Notes under the pieces: model-generated
The model's database searches: none
Told to the model about the DNA's origin: nothing
The model's input: the letters and a program-made list of their open reading frames with translations, nothing else
In this document: in pieces, positions 61,971-64,000 of the stretch
Position numbering within the stretch: the first letter of the stretch is position 1
How the letters are laid out: every line of letters begins with the position of its first letter
Made by a program: the position numbers and the translations under genes
Assembly (NCBI GenBank): GCA_003221005.1
Contig: QHTZ01000079.1
Coordinates: 13,750-77,749 of the forward strand
Length of the DNA stretch: 64,000 bases
Direction of reading: 5' to 3'
Origin: Gemmatimonadota bacterium
GTDB lineage: Bacteria > Gemmatimonadota > Gemmatimonadetes > Gemmatimonadales > GWC2-71-9

Positions 61971-62509
61971 GACAACTACTCGCGAGCGCGGTCGCGGCCG
62001 CGCTCCTCCATATCAGTCCGACCGTGATTCTGGTGAAGCGCCCCGATGCCGTGCAGCAGCTGCTTCCCGGCGCGGACCGGTTCCTGGCGCGGGAACTGCA
62101 CCTGAGTGCGCACGACGCGCACCGATTGCACGAGGTAGTCGACTGGAGCCCCGAGGACGGTGTGCTGACATTCTTTGTCGGTAAGGACGGTGGGAAGGAC
62201 GTCGGCACGCTCGAGTTCGTGCGCGTGGACACGCCGCACGGCCCGCTCGAGGTCGCAGTGGGCTTTACGCCGGAGCGCACCGTGCGCGGGGTGATCGTCA
62301 CCAAGGCCACGGTGGAGAGCAAGCCATGGGTGCTCGCGGCGCTCCAGGCCGGGCTTACGGAGCATTACCGCGGCCTGAAGCTCGCGGACGCCCCAGGCGG
62401 AGCGGCGGCCATCAAGAATCGCATCGCTGATCTCCCGGCCTACATGGCGCAGGAGGTGGACAAGGGAGTCGCGCGCGCCCTTGTGGCGTACCGCGATTTC
62501 TACCGGTGA
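61967..62509 (+). CDS. Exported FMN_bind(RnfG-like)-fold protein, His-rich, lacking the SGAT flavinylation motif
   Basis: ATGA-coupled; signal peptide; DTPHGPLEVAVGFTPERTVRGVIV resembles FMN_bind strands; C-terminal helix EVDKGVARAL. Confidence 0.6.
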   Translation: MRQLLASAVAAALLHISPTVILVKRPDAVQQLLPGADRFLARELHLSAHDAHRLHEVVDWSPEDGVLTFFVGKDGGKDVGTLEFVRVDTPHGPLEVAVGFTPERTVRGVIVTKATVESKPWVLAALQAGLTEHYRGLKLADAPGGAAAIKNRIADLPAYMAQEVDKGVARALVAYRDFYR

Positions 62510-62514
62510 GCTAA

Positions 62515-62877
62515 CTAGAAGGCGCTCGCGAGGTACTCTTCGTTCCAGGCGATGTCGAACAGCCCGTTGCACCGCTGGCACCGCAGGTTGGTCGGTCGCC
62601 CGTGCACGGGAGCACGATCGCGGCAGCTGGGGCAGACGGCGTAGTACGGTCCCCAGGTTGCCGGGAGCCGGGGGGCGTTGTCGGGCCGCGGGACCACGGT
62701 CCAGCGCTGCGGAGGGATGGCGAGGATCTCGACGAATGGGCGGGGCACTGGTGTCGGATTGCCCTTCACGTCCACGACGACTTCCAATGGAGCGGCCCTG
62801 AGCAGCCGGTACCACGCGCCGCGGCGCAAGTCGCAGTTGACGTCCGCCCGCAGCCGTGCCCACTGCCGCTCCGCCAT
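62515..62877 (-). CDS. Hypothetical protein with C-terminal Zn ribbon
   Basis: SD GAGG upstream; YAVCPSC...LRCQRC. Confidence 0.7.
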   Translation of the reverse strand: MAERQWARLRADVNCDLRRGAWYRLLRAAPLEVVVDVKGNPTPVPRPFVEILAIPPQRWTVVPRPDNAPRLPATWGPYYAVCPSCRDRAPVHGRPTNLRCQRCNGLFDIAWNEEYLASAF

Positions 62878-63153
62878 CGCCGCACCTCACCAGAGGAAGG
62901 AGAATCGTGCAGGTGTGGAAACTGACGTAAAGACGCAGGCGCCGCCACGCGAGTAACCCCGGCAGTCGGCGGCGGACCGCGTCGGGCGTTGGAAATGTCC
63001 GTCGCTGTTGAGGTTGGCGTGTGGCGTCCAGGCATCACCCGATGTGGCGGCGACGCATCGGGGGCTGTGGATGCACCAGTCCGCCCGCCTGACGGGGCCC
63101 GTCGCCGGACCGCAGATTGGGCGCTCCTGGCAACACTCACTGAGGGGGTGGTG

Positions 63154-64000
63154 GTGGGAGTGCCTGCGGACCTGGTGATCGCGAAGGGCACCTGCTTTCC
63201 GGTCTTTGCCTACGAGGTAGCCCAGGCGATCGACCTCGACGCCGCCGAGCGCCGGCTGCTTGCGGGTGCGGAGCGCCAGACGATCAAGCACAAGCGCCGC
63301 GCCCCGGCGTACTTCGAGTACGAGCCCGCGCCGCTGCGCGTCGCCCGTCAGGCGGAGGAGCACGCGCTCGCCAGCTACCGTACCAGCCCGGGGGTCGAGC
63401 TGGTGCTGTACGACTTCGGGGCGGTGTCGGTGAGCTACGCGATCCCGCTCGCGGGGTCCCTCGCCAGCGCTGCCGGGTTGGCGTCGGAGCTGTGGGGGAA
63501 CGAGCGGCTGCTGGCGGACTCGCGCGGCCACGTGGAGCGGCTGCTTCAGGACCTGGGTGACGCCGCGGTGCGGCCGCGGATCGCGGATTTCGTGGAGGAC
63601 TATTCGATCTTCTTGGTCGAGGCGTTCACCGATACCTGCGACGCCGCGGCGCTCTGGACCGAGTATGCCCCGCAGGTCGCGCAGATCCTCCGTGCCGAGC
63701 CGCGGACGCTATCACAACAGGAGATCGGGGACGCCACGGGGTCTCGCCTCTCGTTCGGGCCGGATGACGCGACGTTCATCGATACCGACGCAGCCCTGGT
63801 ATTCGATCCCGAGGGCGACGACGTGCGGGCCGTGCTCGAGTTCGCGAACACCCAGCTGCTCGAAATGCGCTTCCTCGACCAGCAGCTCGACAAGGCGCTC
63901 GATCGGGTCTACGAGAGCCTGTTGCGGCGTCCGGAACGCCCGTGGGCCGTCGGCTCGTACGGTGCCGAGCTGCGGCGCATCGCCCGGCTGCAGCTGGACG
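63154..64000 (+). CDS. RMD1/DUF155-like hypothetical protein (runs off window); start uncertain
   Basis: Open frame to window end: FAYEVAQAIDL...LYDFGAVS...EDYSIF...LEFANTQLLEMRFLDQQLD; SD GAGGGG at 63142. Confidence 0.65.
   Translation, partial: MGVPADLVIAKGTCFPVFAYEVAQAIDLDAAERRLLAGAERQTIKHKRRAPAYFEYEPAPLRVARQAEEHALASYRTSPGVELVLYDFGAVSVSYAIPLAGSLASAAGLASELWGNERLLADSRGHVERLLQDLGDAAVRPRIADFVEDYSIFLVEAFTDTCDAAALWTEYAPQVAQILRAEPRTLSQQEIGDATGSRLSFGPDDATFIDTDAALVFDPEGDDVRAVLEFANTQLLEMRFLDQQLDKALDRVYESLLRRPERPWAVGSYGAELRRIARLQLD

Noticed and set aside
62878-63153. Possible ncRNA/riboswitch in the intergenic gap (hairpin CCCGATG...CATCGGG near 63038-63062)
   Set aside because: Single GC-rich hairpin with no recognisable family motif; the region is also open in frame with the downstream gene. 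An Rfam/Infernal search would be needed

Overview
High-GC bacterial chromosome segment. Gene content and repeat style suggest Gemmatimonadota (inference, no search run). It is almost all housekeeping and central metabolism, mostly on the minus strand: fabH-plsX-rpmF-yceD, ndk, sucCD, carbamate kinase, a UPF0182 protein, PMM/PGM, the full nuoA-N operon, dcd, pgi, an M28 peptidase, a hybrid histidine kinase, NDH-2, sdhCAB, mdh, moaADE, an M61 peptidase, HU/IHF, carA, secG-tpiA-pgk-gap, comF, aroE, radA, dnaB, udg, coaBC, rpoZ, gmk, yicC, pepA and icd. I found no rRNA, tRNA, CRISPR array or transposase. The best candidate for an undescribed system is the plus-strand cassette at 59.9-62.5 kb. It starts with a small exported Cys/His/Met protein ending in PEPPPP (CutF/CruR-like uORF) whose proline codons can base-pair with the next gene's Shine-Dalgarno. 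It continues with a beta-barrel porin, a His/Met-rich inner-membrane protein and a His-rich FMN_bind-like protein lacking the flavinylation motif, suggesting a ribosome-stalling-controlled metal (Cu?) uptake or handling system. Other notable signals: palindromic 7-mer/8-mer repeat elements translated in frame inside comF, radA and udg; a MoaD-MoaE fusion apparently split by an 8-nt duplication; several short internal deletions (possibly assembly artefacts); promoters with -10 boxes placed for leaderless translation; and D-(S/T)-hydrophobic motifs enriched in exported proteins.
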